Source of the DNA: Schmidtea polychroa
Taxonomy: Eukaryota
Direction of reading: 5' to 3'
NCBI GenBank assembly: GCA_044892525.1
Contig: CM097888.1
Location: 38,874,001 to 38,938,000 of the forward strand
DNA: 64,000 nt
Below the pieces are notes generated by a model. The model did no database searches, was not told the origin of the DNA, and saw nothing but the letters and a program-made list of their open reading frames with translations. How positions within the stretch are numbered: position 1 is the stretch's first letter; the number at the start of each line of letters is the position of its first letter. Of the stretch, positions 38,954 to 51,800 are shown in pieces. The translations under genes and the position numbers were made by a program.

Positions 38954-41478
38954 TAATTCAAAAACTGGGATAATTTGACTTTTAAACTCTATTGTTGGGG
39001 ACATAAAGCATAACATGATGAGAATAACTGATGTAGTTGATGTTTGCTTCCACTAACTGTTTCAGTGAAAGTATACATGATTTTAAATAGTGCATGCTTT
39101 ATCTAGTTAATGAATTTATTGGCAAGTGAGTGTATTTTGAGGGTATTTAAACATGTGTCTCAAAAATCTTAACTTTTACTAATCCTAATCAGTGGGAGTC
39201 AATGATTTTAATTTTTTTTCCTATTTTTTAAAATGTCTTTTAATGTGGTGAATGAAAATTTCCAAAATGACGATTGCGGCTTTAATTGAATTTCTATTGG
39301 ACACCTTAGAATAGCAAACAATGCAATAGTGAAACCATCAGACATAAAAGGTAAAGAAATTAAAATTCCGCTTCAAGAGTTTATTCCAATATTGGAACAA
39401 GTGTATTTTTCAAAATAAGCCATATTTGTATATTTTTAGGTTAATCACCCTTTTACTTATAGTGTAAACAAACTTGTCTGCTTTTGCACTTTTTTTATGA
39501 AAATAATAAATAAAAGTAAATTTGAGAAAACTTTTTAAAAAAATTAGTTGACAAAAATTGAGTTACAAGAACAGAGAAAATATTTATCCGACGAAAGTTA
39601 CTAAAATAAAATTGTTTTTCAGATTCATTTTTACAACATTTTTCTTCCTTTCTCTCTCTATCACTCCAGTCTTGCTGGTGTTACTCGTGCAAAGCGCTGG
39701 AATTAAAAGATAATGATAATTTGTTTATAAATTTTGGAAGGAAAATGAAGCTTCTCTGACATAACGGTTTTACCTGCAAATAAAAAATCATTCTCTGTGT
39801 TCTGATATCATTGACGAAACACGGTTGATACCACCGGTTTATATGGCCTCATTTACAATAAATAGTGAAAATTTAGGAACGGCATTTCTAAACATCACTA
39901 GGTGTCAGAAGTGACGAGCAAATATTTATAAGTAGTACGTGTGGATAATTTCAATAATTACGCGAGAAAACAAATTTTTCAGGACAAAGTGGTTACGTAA
40001 CAAGGACCAAAAAGCCTTGTATTGTATGGCATTTTTTCCATTTGTTATGATAAATGATTAGCGAAGAACGACTGTTTCATACTATCATGCAATAGAATTA
40101 ATCCTTATCGTTACATTAAAGTGTTTTAATAAGTTTTTTACCCCTTGATATCTTCGCGCTCTTCAACAGAATTCCTTGAATGACGAGGAGCCTTGATGAT
40201 CACATAACATCAAATTATATTCACTTATAAGTACTTCGTAGAAATCATCGCTAAAAGGAAAACTCATCAAAGAAGACAAAATTTATTAAGATATTATTCG
40301 AAATGAATAAGAACTACTTGATTCGGGTTCTGTCTTGAAAGAACTCATTGACACTTAAAGTCTTTATACCTGAAAAACCATTAAATTAATTAAGAATGTA
40401 TTCAAGTTTTCATGAAAACATATTGGGTTTGGTAAATTTTATTCGAATAATCTACAAGATGTTTTTGTTCAACCAACAATTTGTGAAAGCAAACAACGAC
40501 CATTAAAACAAAAAATTGTAAATTGGGGTTTTCATATTGCCATTTTTGGAATGAATTAATAATTTACTAATCCTTATTCAACTGTCATTGAGACAAACCA
40601 AATAAAATACTTTCTGTAAACATTATATATATGAATAAACTTCATAAATAAAATTATTTTATTCGCATTTGAATAGAATAAAACAAAACAAATATGTATG
40701 CAAATTTTAAGGAAATTTTCTCTATCCTAAATGATACAATGAAGAAAACTTGACCAACATTAAAAGCAATTGAATGTTTAAGTGTCTAACGTTTCGAGTG
40801 TGTGACTGTCAAAAACCTGTAGATTTAAACAAAATAATTACTACGCAGTCGGATTTATAACTATGTAACTTGATGAAAATATTTGCACGTCAACTCAATT
40901 TTGCAACAGTAATATAAAATTTTAAATAAACTAGAAATTCACAATTTTATTTAAATTTTCAATTTAGAATATAATTTTAATAATCTTTATTCGATAGTTT
41001 TTTTTATGAAAAATTTTCCATTAATTTTCCATTTTAAAATCAAATTTCCCATCTTAGTGGTAATCAATAAGGAAAAATTTTAATGATTTTTTTAGAAATT
41101 ATCCATATAATAGATATTGGCAGCGCACAATTACGGTAAATGGATTTTAATTGGTTAACTTTTATGATGGCATGCATCACATGTTTTAAAATAATATTCT
41201 ACGAGTTTTAGAAGCAACTTTCGAACACATTTAATGATTCCCAATTCGAATAAACAAATGTTAAATAATTCGAAACGATACAACTATGTTTACTTAGATA
41301 AATATCAAGTAGTCGTAAAATTAATTTTGATTTGTGAAAATACCTCCACATGTAATGGAATAAACAAAATGAATTTTGTAATAAAATTTTCGAAAAAAAA
41401 AAAATTAATTTTAATAAGAGTTAAATATCATTTAATTATAAATAAAAATAAGAAATATTTACACGTAAAATTATATTA

Positions 41479-42400
41479 CAGAGAACCCTCGATTAACGCG
41501 GGTTCGACTAGCGCGGAATTCGATTTAACCACTTGCGCTATATTGACGTCTTGATGATTTTTTTCAGAACTGCAAGTGACGTGTATACCACGTCGATAGT
41601 ATTTTTCGCAAAAACAAAAACGACGTGTTTGCAACGTCGGCTGACAGGCGGAACGTCATTGTTGTTGTGAATAATTATTTATATTCGTGTAAATCTTTTA
41701 TGTAAGACCCTACCCTCGCGCTAAGCACTGGTCAAACCTCTGAGCTCGCTGACGCGGTGAGGCGTCGATGCCTTACAATACTTTATATAGTAGAGCGCGG
41801 CTCAGCTACCGAAAATTAAATCATAGAGCAAGTGGTTAACGCGGTTTATAGTTCGCTACCAAGCATCAATTAGCTCGAATCAAAGTTTTAATCAGCGTGA
41901 CAATCTGGCAAAAATTTCGATAAAAACTAGAACACTAAATTTTGCATAGTTTAAAAATAGCTCTAGAAACACACACAACTGGTGCGTTCATATAATTTCA
42001 TTATGGTAACTTTAAATGTTTGTTTATGTACCTATTTTTTTTATTCTTCATTAATAACTACGCAACTGGTGTGTTCATAATAACTTTTTTTTCAAAATGT
42101 GTACAGTGCACATATATGCATATTGTATGTACTAGAAATTCTTTCTTTTGCAAGGAAATGGTATTTATTTGTGTATTTTAATAAAATTTTGCCGCAAATA
42201 TATATTATTATCCTTTGTTTTTAATCTATGGTACGCTAAATAGCGATAAAAATTGTACTTAAAGAAATGTTGGTTGCTATTCTGAAGGACTTGGATCGAA
42301 TTATAATTTTTCACATTGCTTATTAACTTCAAATAACGCGGTTTTGATTAACACACCGTTTTTCGGGAACCAATTAGCCGCGTTAATCAAGGGTTCACTG
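41479..42400. mobile_element. Tigger/pogo-like non-autonomous element, 922 bp including a nested insert
   Basis: TA|CAG(A/T)GAACCCT(C/T)GATTAACGCGG TIRs with TA TSD. Confidence 0.88.
41529..41835. mobile_element. piggyBac-like MITE, 307 bp, nested in the Tigger-like element
   Basis: TTAA|CCACTTGC(G/T)CTAT TIR (12/13 match) with TTAA on both sides; internal GACGT repeats. Confidence 0.88.
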
Positions 42401-43062
42401 TATAATTAAAAATCGTTTTCTATTTTGAATAATGATGCATTTATTTATGTTAGTATTATCATTAAACTTTAACAGCATTGATGATAAACATAAAATGGAA
42501 CCCAGTGCCCACAGAATTTAGTTTGACCCCTACAAAATGTTTTGGTTTCTCAGCAACACTCATAAAAAAGCTACAGTAATAATGATATTTTTATCACTTA
42601 TTATAAAAATACAAATAAATAAACAAATAATTTAAAATACTCAAGCATTTACAGTTGCATGATTGCAGTTCTAATAAATTTTAAATAAAATCTAACTATT
42701 TTATTGTATTAAATATATACAGGACCGCTTCTAGCTGAAATTGGCCGCTCTCATTAAAGCAAATGTTTTATACAAAATACATTTATGTAGCTTTTATGCA
42801 ATATAAATAATGAATACTGAAGTAACAATTTTCATTTGACAAAGTTTCCTAATATTTATAACATTATCAATAGGATTGTATTATATAATACATCAATAAA
42901 ACTACAGACAAAAATCACAAAATCTGACCTATGATAAAGGTTATTAGTTATTAGGTAATATTATGTCATCGAAATATGTTAATTAATTAATATGTTAAGT
43001 AATTTATTTCGTTAGTGAAATCAACTATTTATTCAAATTTATTTTCTATGCATATAATCTAG

Positions 43063-43093
<31 letters not shown>

Positions 43094-43096
<3 letters not shown>

Positions 43097-43567
43097 CGCC
43101 GTGTTGTAACTTTTGGGGGCCCTGTGCAGAAACTAAAAAAATTTGAATGTATGTATATGTTTTCAAACTATGTTCGTTAACACAAATTTAATTTGAAAAG
43201 TGAAAATTACAATTTATTAAATATATAAACGAATCGTTAAACCTAAAATTAAAATAAAACTTATTTCTGTTTATAACTTTGAAATAATATTACTTTTCAC
43301 TAATAAGACGATATAATAAACAAACAGAAGATAACAATTTGAAGCAAAAACAACTGAATTATTAGGTATATTTGTTTCAAATTAAATCGTTGCCAACTAG
43401 ATTTTTTTGAAAGTTAAACGAATTTTGAATTTTCAAATTTTTTTTTCTTTCAATTCGTAGTAATTTATGGTATTGGAGAAGTTTTTCTAATGTATTTAAT
43501 ATTTGGGGCCCCTCAAAAATAGGGGGCCTAGTGCGATTGTACTTGTTGCACTTGCGATAGTACGGCG

Positions 43568-43570
<3 letters not shown>
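43094..43570. mobile_element. hAT-like MITE, 477 bp, inserted in a (TA)n microsatellite
   Basis: Perfect TIR CAGCGCCGT / ACGGCGCTG; GGGGCCC subterminal motifs; (TA)n on both sides. Confidence 0.82.
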
Positions 43571-43643
<73 letters not shown>

Positions 43644-46523
43644 CTAAGGCACTTGCTCCCTGAATTTCCCAAACCATTCTATTTTTCGATTAATTTAAAC
43701 ACATTTTAATAGATGCACTCAAACAATGTTGGAAAATCTAAAGACAAAAAAATTTAATTTAGAGAGGCTTCCTGTTTTTTAATGTTATTAATTATATCTG
43801 GAAATCAATGATTTCAAATCATCTTATTTGTATAAAAACTTTCAATATTAACTGACGTTCTGGTTATAAAAAAAGTGTTCTATTTTGTAAATTACTGAAA
43901 AAAAGTTATATTTTGTAAAAAAGTCCCATTTCGTATAATGCCCCAAATATTTATTATAAACATGCATTTTTTTTCAACTCTCTTCCCCCTAGAAAAAATG
44001 TCTACTTAGTAAAAATAATATTTTTGCCCCCTCCCCCCCCCCCTCCTTGGAAAAATTCCTGTGGACACCGTTGTACATACATATATTCCAGATTGCAAAG
44101 AAAACCAAATAATATGTAATACTTTAGTAGAAGAATAAATCTTTCCTGAAATGGTGATAGACATAAGACCTTAATTATATAAAAGTTAATTTTGTAATTT
44201 TCTTTTGCATCAAGTATTGGGCGTTATGATGTTTCTAATTAAAACGGTTTTAATCTTCCTTGGGCGAAGAATTGTAATTTCTGGGAAAGGTTAATTAGCA
44301 TCATATTTTTGGTAATTTAGTATTGTCAATTAATTTGTAAAAAAATACATCATTATAAATTTCATTAAAAGTCAAACTTTTCGAATTTTTGGCAGTTGTT
44401 ATTAATTTTATTTTACAGGATTTTATTATTTATCTACTTTTTTAAAAGACTTTTAATTATAAATGCTGTTTTTTAATTATTTAATGAAAAGACATGCATG
44501 CAAATCTAAACTTGACTGTTGCATATAATACATAAACAAATATTATGCATTAAACAACAACGTAATACATTCGTTGAAAAAACAATTTTCAGCAATTAAG
44601 CCACAAATATTATTATTATGACCTAAAATTAAAAATTAAATTATAAATTATTATGACCTAATAGCTTTGATTCTACCTTTTTATTTTGTCTGGTTTTTAT
44701 TTGACTGTTGAGATAAATATGATTTTTAAGTACTTGCCAACGATATGCTGAAGCATAAAAATATAGATATATTTATCAAATATTAATGAAAAAACAACCT
44801 TCTGTTGATTAACCTTCTAACCGAGTATCTCACGATTTACGCATGCAGCATATACTGGTTTAATTATACGCATCCCGCGACTTTGACCAATTTAATTTAT
44901 GAGGAAAACCTGGATTTAACATGGGGCCTGGGTTATTACTCAAAGCACTATAATATTCCTCTTTATAAAAAAACCATTATTATAATCTTATCCTCTGCAT
45001 TTGAAATATATGCTGAATGAAAGCAAAAAGAGAAATATTCAGCCGAAAAAAGTACAGCATTAACTATTTTTCTGATTAGATTAAAAAAATTATTTCATAA
45101 TAGTAATTGACAATTAAAANNNNNNNNNNNNNNNNNNNNNNNNNNNNNNNNNNNNNNNNNNNNNNNNNNNNNNNNNNNNNNNNNNNNNNNNNNNNNNNNN
45201 NNNNNNNNNNNNNNNNNNNNNNNNNNNNNNNNNNNNNNNNNNNNNNNNNNNNNNNNNNNNNNNNNNNNNNNNNNNNNNNNNNNNNNNNNNNNNNNNNNNN
45301 NNNNNNNNNNNNNNNNNNNNNNNNNNNNNNNNNNNNNNNNNNNNNNNNNNNNNNNNNNNNNNNNNNNNNNNNNNNNNNNNNNNNNNNNNNNNNNNNNNNN
45401 NNNNNNNNNNNNNNNNNNNNNNNNNNNNNNNNNNNNNNNNNNNNNNNNNNNNNATTCTAATAATGTAACTGATTTATTTTTACTGAATATTGTGAAGTTA
45501 GAGTTGAAAATCGGTATTCTTCCTTTATGTAATTGGATTTTATGCTAATATTTGTTTAAATATTATCAAGAATAGCTAATCATTGAAGAAACTTAATAAA
45601 GACCACAATTTTGAATAAAATATAAATTAAAAGAATCTATGAATTCTTTTAAAAAATAAAATTAAACACCATATAAAAAGAATTTTAAAAATAATGTTTT
45701 TATTTTTCATGTTTTGTGATGATTTATTTTTTAATAATTTTAATAATTTAAATATGCAATTAAATGAGTCTGTTTATAAATAGCCGTAAGAATCTTTTAG
45801 TGTATTTATAATTAAATAATTTACTTTCGTCTGAATGGAGACATTTACCCATTTGTATTAAGAGAATCTGCATGTCATTCCCAATGCCAATACTTTTCCC
45901 TATTGACATTTGATTGTCAAACAATTTTCCACTTATTTTTTGACTAGTTTTCACTATTTTTTTAGCAAACATCATAAATTTATACTTTTGAAAAGTTTTA
46001 AATAAATTTTAAAATATAAAAATTACTTTTTAAAATATGTTAAATTTGCTTGAGTCATTTTAAACCGGTTCTTTTTTTATTTTAAATTATTGAATTTCAA
46101 TTTACTTTTCGAATTGAATGAAAATACGTTTTTTGTGATAAATACTGAGATATCTATCGTAATATGAATTATCAATGAGTTCTCCCAGCATTCTGTGTCT
46201 GACAGATGGGAAATCAGTAAACAATGAATCAACACCAGATCATCTCAAATTTCCAATTCTTCTATTTCATATTTCATTTCTTAGATTTTATTTGTTTTAT
46301 TAATTCAATCCATTTGTTTTATTATGAACCATAATAAATCTTCACAGATATAATATTGANNNNNNNNNNNNNNNNNNNNNNNNNNNNNNNNNNNNNNNNN
46401 NNNNNNNNNNNNNNNNNNNNNNNNNNNNNNNNNNNNNNNNNNNNNNNNNNNNNNNNNNNNNNNNNNNNNNNNNNNNNNNNNNNNNNNNNNNNNNNNNNNN
46501 NNNNNNNNNNNNNNNNNNNNNNN

Positions 46524-48825
46524 CTTTTTCAATTACCGGTAATTCGGTAATTTATGTGGAAAAAACCGGTAAACCGGTAAACCGGTAATTTACCGGTAAT
46601 TTTGAGAGTATTTTAGTTAGTTGATATTTTATTCAAACTAATTACTTATAATATGTTTTATAAAATTCAAGTCAGTTATTTTATTAATTCATAATCATAA
46701 CATTATAATATATAAAAAAAAGTATAAACGCAAATTAGAAAAAAATTAAAACTTCATTTCAACTCTTGATATTGATTAAAATACTGCCTTAAAAACACAT
46801 TGTGTTTAACGTGTTATCATTTAAGCTCGACCTCAACTTGGTGCAGATCAGACCGGCTGCTGAAAACGCGCGCTCCGATTCGACACTTGTCGGTCGAACA
46901 GTCAACAACATTTGAAATGCTTTCTCTAAATATTTACCTCGGATGTTCTGTTCTTGGAAAAAGTCCATTTCCTTTTTAATAATGTTTGCTAATCCTTTCA
47001 ATGGTTTTGTTGTTTTATAGAATATTTCATAATTATCATCGTCATTTCTTATTCTTACATTAATTACATTTGGATCATGGAGATAGTGCAAAATATCTGC
47101 ACAAATGTTTCTCCTTTCTTTAATACGTATAATTAGAGATTCTTTAAGTTCTTTACTTAGAAGTGTGTTTTGCACACTAAGCTCATCTAACATAAATTTC
47201 ATTGTTATATCTGAAACATATAAATTAACGTCTTCTCGACATAGTGCTTCCACAGCAAGTTTTACTGGTTGCAATGATGCAATTATATTTTTAAGTAAAA
47301 CAACTTCATTTTCGCTGAAACTTAACTCGGATTTAATGTCGATTAAACTTTTTCTTATTGCACTTTCAACTTCGCAGAATCTCTCTAGCATTGCACAAAG
47401 ACTATTCCATCTGGTATTTGAGTCTATGATCAAGGATAGCTCTTTGTTAAATTCTTCCTTAATATGCTTCTGTAAATTGTCGTTCTTTGTAGGGGATCTG
47501 CGAAACAATACAACAACTTTTCTAATTTTTGTTATTAGAGGACTTATTTCTTCATGTTGAACATCAATACAAGTGAGTACCGTATTAATTACTTCAAAGC
47601 CCACTTCATCTTCTTCGGAAATGCCTTCTTCACTTTCTAAATCGGTTTCTGTTTCATCCACAATACTTACTTCCTCTATATGAATATCGCTCATGTCTTT
47701 TTTACGATATAAAACATTAATGACGGCTAGCTGAATGCCGTGTGCTAAACACAATTGATGATTAGCATTAATCAACGAACCTACTTTCTTCATCACCGAA
47801 GCACCATCAGTTGTTATTGAAAAAATGTTGTCTAAAGTTAGTTTGAACTCATTTAACTTATTTTGCAACAGCGTTATACATTTATCAGCTGGCATCGAAC
47901 CATGTACTCTCACAAGACCCAAGTTCCAAAAGCGGTCATTTCCATGAACGTTTATGTTCATATATCGTCGATTCTTAACAGACGTCCACTCGTCAAACGT
48001 CAAACTGAATACACTATTATTAGCTTTTCGGTTGGATAAATCTTCAACCACTTGTTTGCGAATTTTATCCCCATAGTCCATTACAATTTTTTTGATCGTA
48101 TGGGAAGATCTTGGTACTTCTTTATTATATTTAGCTTTAATTAGTACTCGGATATCGTAGGATGTGGCAACTCTATAAAACGGTATATTATCTTTTGCTG
48201 TCAAACGCGCGAGAACAGCTGGAAGTGAATCATCAACCTTTTTTATAAAGAAATTTGATATATTATTGTTTGTAGTGCTAGCGATGACTTTGTTTGTAAT
48301 TTGACTAGATGATGCCATATCACTCTCGTCATCTTTTCTCTTCAATAGATTAATTTTATGCTGAGATTTAAGATGGGCATGCAAGCCGCTAGTGCTACCA
48401 CCAACACATTTAATCGGTTTTGCACAACTATTGCAGACGGCTTCATTCTTATTTGTTTCTTTGAAATAGGTCCATATTAAATTTGTACGCATGATGGCTA
48501 AAATATTTTTTGGTTTTAAATAACGAATAAATTAGTATTTTTTGTATTACCTTACCTTTATTAAATTTTATGAGACGTTCTATTATATTAAAAAAAAATT
48601 GATATATTTATTATAAATTATATACTGCATATAATTATTAATTTTAAATATTAAATTCAACTATTTACTTATAAAATAGTATGCACGGAACGGAACAAAA
48701 CGATAAATATTGTATAATATAAAGTTTAAATTTTTACCGAAAATACCGGTAACAAATAATGAATTTACCGGTTTTTCGGTAATGAATTTTTTAGCAATTT
48801 ACCGGTTAACCGGTAAATCGGTTAA
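46524..48825 (-). mobile_element. hAT transposon with ACCGGT-rich subterminal repeats; both termini fall in N-gaps
   Basis: Clusters of ACCGGT(AA) at about 46535-46600 and 48736-48825 bracket the transposase. Gaps at 46360-46523 and 48826-48968 hide the TIRs and TSD. Confidence 0.88.
46789..48492 (-). CDS. hAT-family transposase with BED zinc finger; extreme C-terminus apparently frameshifted
   Basis: WTYF..AVCNSC..STSGLHAHLKSQH (BED finger), LTFDEWTS, ITTDGASVM, CLAH, TRWNS and RPTSVESERAFS (dimerisation domain). Confidence 0.93.
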   Translation of the reverse strand: MRTNLIWTYFKETNKNEAVCNSCAKPIKCVGGSTSGLHAHLKSQHKINLLKRKDDESDMASSSQITNKVIASTTNNNISNFFIKKVDDSLPAVLARLTAKDNIPFYRVATSYDIRVLIKAKYNKEVPRSSHTIKKIVMDYGDKIRKQVVEDLSNRKANNSVFSLTFDEWTSVKNRRYMNINVHGNDRFWNLGLVRVHGSMPADKCITLLQNKLNEFKLTLDNIFSITTDGASVMKKVGSLINANHQLCLAHGIQLAVINVLYRKKDMSDIHIEEVSIVDETETDLESEEGISEEDEVGFEVINTVLTCIDVQHEEISPLITKIRKVVVLFRRSPTKNDNLQKHIKEEFNKELSLIIDSNTRWNSLCAMLERFCEVESAIRKSLIDIKSELSFSENEVVLLKNIIASLQPVKLAVEALCREDVNLYVSDITMKFMLDELSVQNTLLSKELKESLIIRIKERRNICADILHYLHDPNVINVRIRNDDDNYEIFYKTTKPLKGLANIIKKEMDFFQEQNIRGKYLEKAFQMLLTVRPTSVESERAFSAAGLICTKLRSSLNDNTLNTMCF

Positions 48826-51800
48826 NNNNNNNNNNNNNNNNNNNNNNNNNNNNNNNNNNNNNNNNNNNNNNNNNNNNNNNNNNNNNNNNNNNNNNNNNNN
48901 NNNNNNNNNNNNNNNNNNNNNNNNNNNNNNNNNNNNNNNNNNNNNNNNNNNNNNNNNNNNNNNNNNNNGAATTGTTTATCATTTATTATCATTTATATTA
49001 TTTTTATTTTATTTTTAAAAATAACTACATTGAAAATTGTCTTGCAGATTTTGCCGAAGATAATTCGCTCTGCTCTTATTTGTAATAAGAAAATTATAAA
49101 AGGTGTTGACGAATAATTGCACATAGATCATTCTGAAATTATATGTAATTGGTAAATTAAATTACAATAAATATAATAAATTTTAATATTATGTTTAGAA
49201 TATATTTATAAAAGTAATATTAGATTATTAAATCGAATTGTGAATTTATATAAATATAAAGTTTCATTTTATAAAAATTTCTTCCCAACAAAAAATGAGT
49301 AAAATTGGATGAAGCAAAAATATTTCTTATTGACTCTTTCAAATTTAGATTTTCTTTCAGAACATCTTTCCATTCTCAGCTTTGAAATTAGATTATAGAG
49401 GATATCTTTAGAATTTTGGATGTTTAATGCAATCAACAAATTTATTGGAAATGTCGATAATTGTCAGTGGAAAAACTCAAAATTTCTCGTAATTTGATTT
49501 TATCAATATCTCATTATTTCAAGTAATTTATATTTTAAAGAAATTTCGCCTATTCTAAAATTCCTAATAAAAAGAATCATTTATTACATTTAAAAATTTT
49601 AACAAAAAATCATATAAATTGCAAAGTTATTCATATATTTNNNNNNNNNNNNNNNNNNNNNNNNNNNNNNNNNNNNNNNNNNNNNNNNNNNNNNNNNNNN
49701 NNNNNNNNNNNNNNNNNNNNNNNNNNNNNNNNNNNNNNNNNNNNNNNNNNNNNNNNNNNNNNNNNNNNNNNNNNNNNNNNNNNNNNNNNNNNNNNNNNNN
49801 NNNNNNNNNNNNNNNNNNNNNNNNNNNNTTAGTTATCTTTCGGTGGGAATTTTTTTAATTTTTTTAACGCGGAAAACCCAATAAAAAATTAAATGCGATT
49901 AAATTTTAATTAATAATTAAAATTAATTAAATTAATTAAAAGCAACAATTCAATTAGAAAATGAAACATTTTCAATAATTAACTTTGACAAGATTAAAAT
50001 ATAATAAAAATAGAAAAATTCGAAATAATTTTATGACAAGCTGATTATAGTATGTATCGAATGATATATAATTCGTTATATGATGACAACTGACATTTTC
50101 TATGTTTCTTTTACTGTTAACTGCCGAGGAGAAAATTAAAAAAGTGACATTTTATAATTTATATGTAAATCTAGTACGACAACTGGTTCATGGACATTAT
50201 ATATTATATAGGCAAAGCATTTCAGTTTGCATAACTTTTTTGCTATTGAATGTTCATAGAATAATGTTTTTAATTATATGTCAAATATAACAATGTTGGT
50301 TAATGAAACCTTAGTAGACTTTTTATTTGATCCTTAGAACTTATTTATGTAATAGTGATTCAAAGTTCAATAGACATGATATATTGTGACTATGTTCACA
50401 AGTGAGCGTTTTAGATACACTAATACCCAGCTTATCGTAAAGGATACATTTCAAATTTTTTAAAAGATCTACAAAGTTAAAAGATCTACAAATCCTTCGT
50501 TGATTTTATGAAATTCTTCGAAATACAAAAATAATACAAAGGTTTGAAAATAGAATAACATAAATATAAATAAATTTTAATCACAAGTGTGTTTTCATTG
50601 ATGAAAATAATTTTAAACAAAAATTCTTTTTTTTACCTTTTTAGTTTCTTCCTTTACAAATTTGTCGTAGACAGATAACACATCACTAGTTTTGCACTTT
50701 ATTGTCATAGTTTATTGAAATTACCTCTTTTTTAATTACTTAATTGCTAATTTGAGCTCATGCTTTTCTTTAATGTCATCTTCACATTTTTTAATTGGCT
50801 GGTCAATTAATATTTTTTTTATTTTTGAGTAAAGTTACGGTGAAATAGTGTTAAATTGGATATTACTGTATTTGATTCGCAGTTAATTTATTTGTCAGAA
50901 AATTCTAGTGATTCAAGACCTCAACTTTTATTTTTTGGAATACTTAAAAATTAGTTTTCAGTCGCCAATTACTTCCACCGACATTGGAAGGCAATTAGAA
51001 AATATTCAAAGATGAAAAAAAGATAAATGATAGATAACTTTGATGACCAAATATTTATAGCTTTTTCACTAACACTGCTACATAAATGAGAACAAAATTA
51101 ATTCAAATGAAAAGATATTCTAAATTGGTAGTAAAATACATAAATTATTTAGCTTCTAACGACGGAGAGTAGTGCAAATAGATTCAAACAAATAAAGGTC
51201 AACGATACTGACATTTTTTTAAATCATTTTTTGAATAAATCTAAAAATTTCTTTATTTAATTGTTTAAGTTTNNNNNNNNNNNNNNNNNNNNNNNNNNNN
51301 NNNNNNNNNNNNNNNNNNNNNNNNNNNNNNNNNNNNNNNNNNNNNNNNNNNNNNNNNNNNNNNNNNNNNNNNNNNNNNNNNNNNNNNNNNNNNNNNNNNN
51401 NNNNNNNNNNNNNNNNNNNNNNNNNNNNNNNNNNNNNNNNNNNNNNNNNNNNNNNNNNNAATATAATATATAAAATCTTTATTCATTTGTATTTAATAAT
51501 AAATATTCAAAACGGTTTTATTAAATTATCATTAGTATTTTTCAGCTTGAAATGAAGTAGGTTTTTAAATAAAATCTTTGCAAATATAATCAAAGAATTA
51601 AATAATAATTGAAGAAAATGTAAAGAAAAAACTACTTCCGTTTTGTCTAGCATTTTTATCAAATTTTCAACAAGCAAGTCTTTATATTTTTGCTAATTTA
51701 AATGCAAGCTGCTGTTTGAAACTGAAATGTTATAATTATATTTACTATCCCACTGTTTAAAGAGGAATAAATCTGAATCAATAAAACTAAATTGAATATT

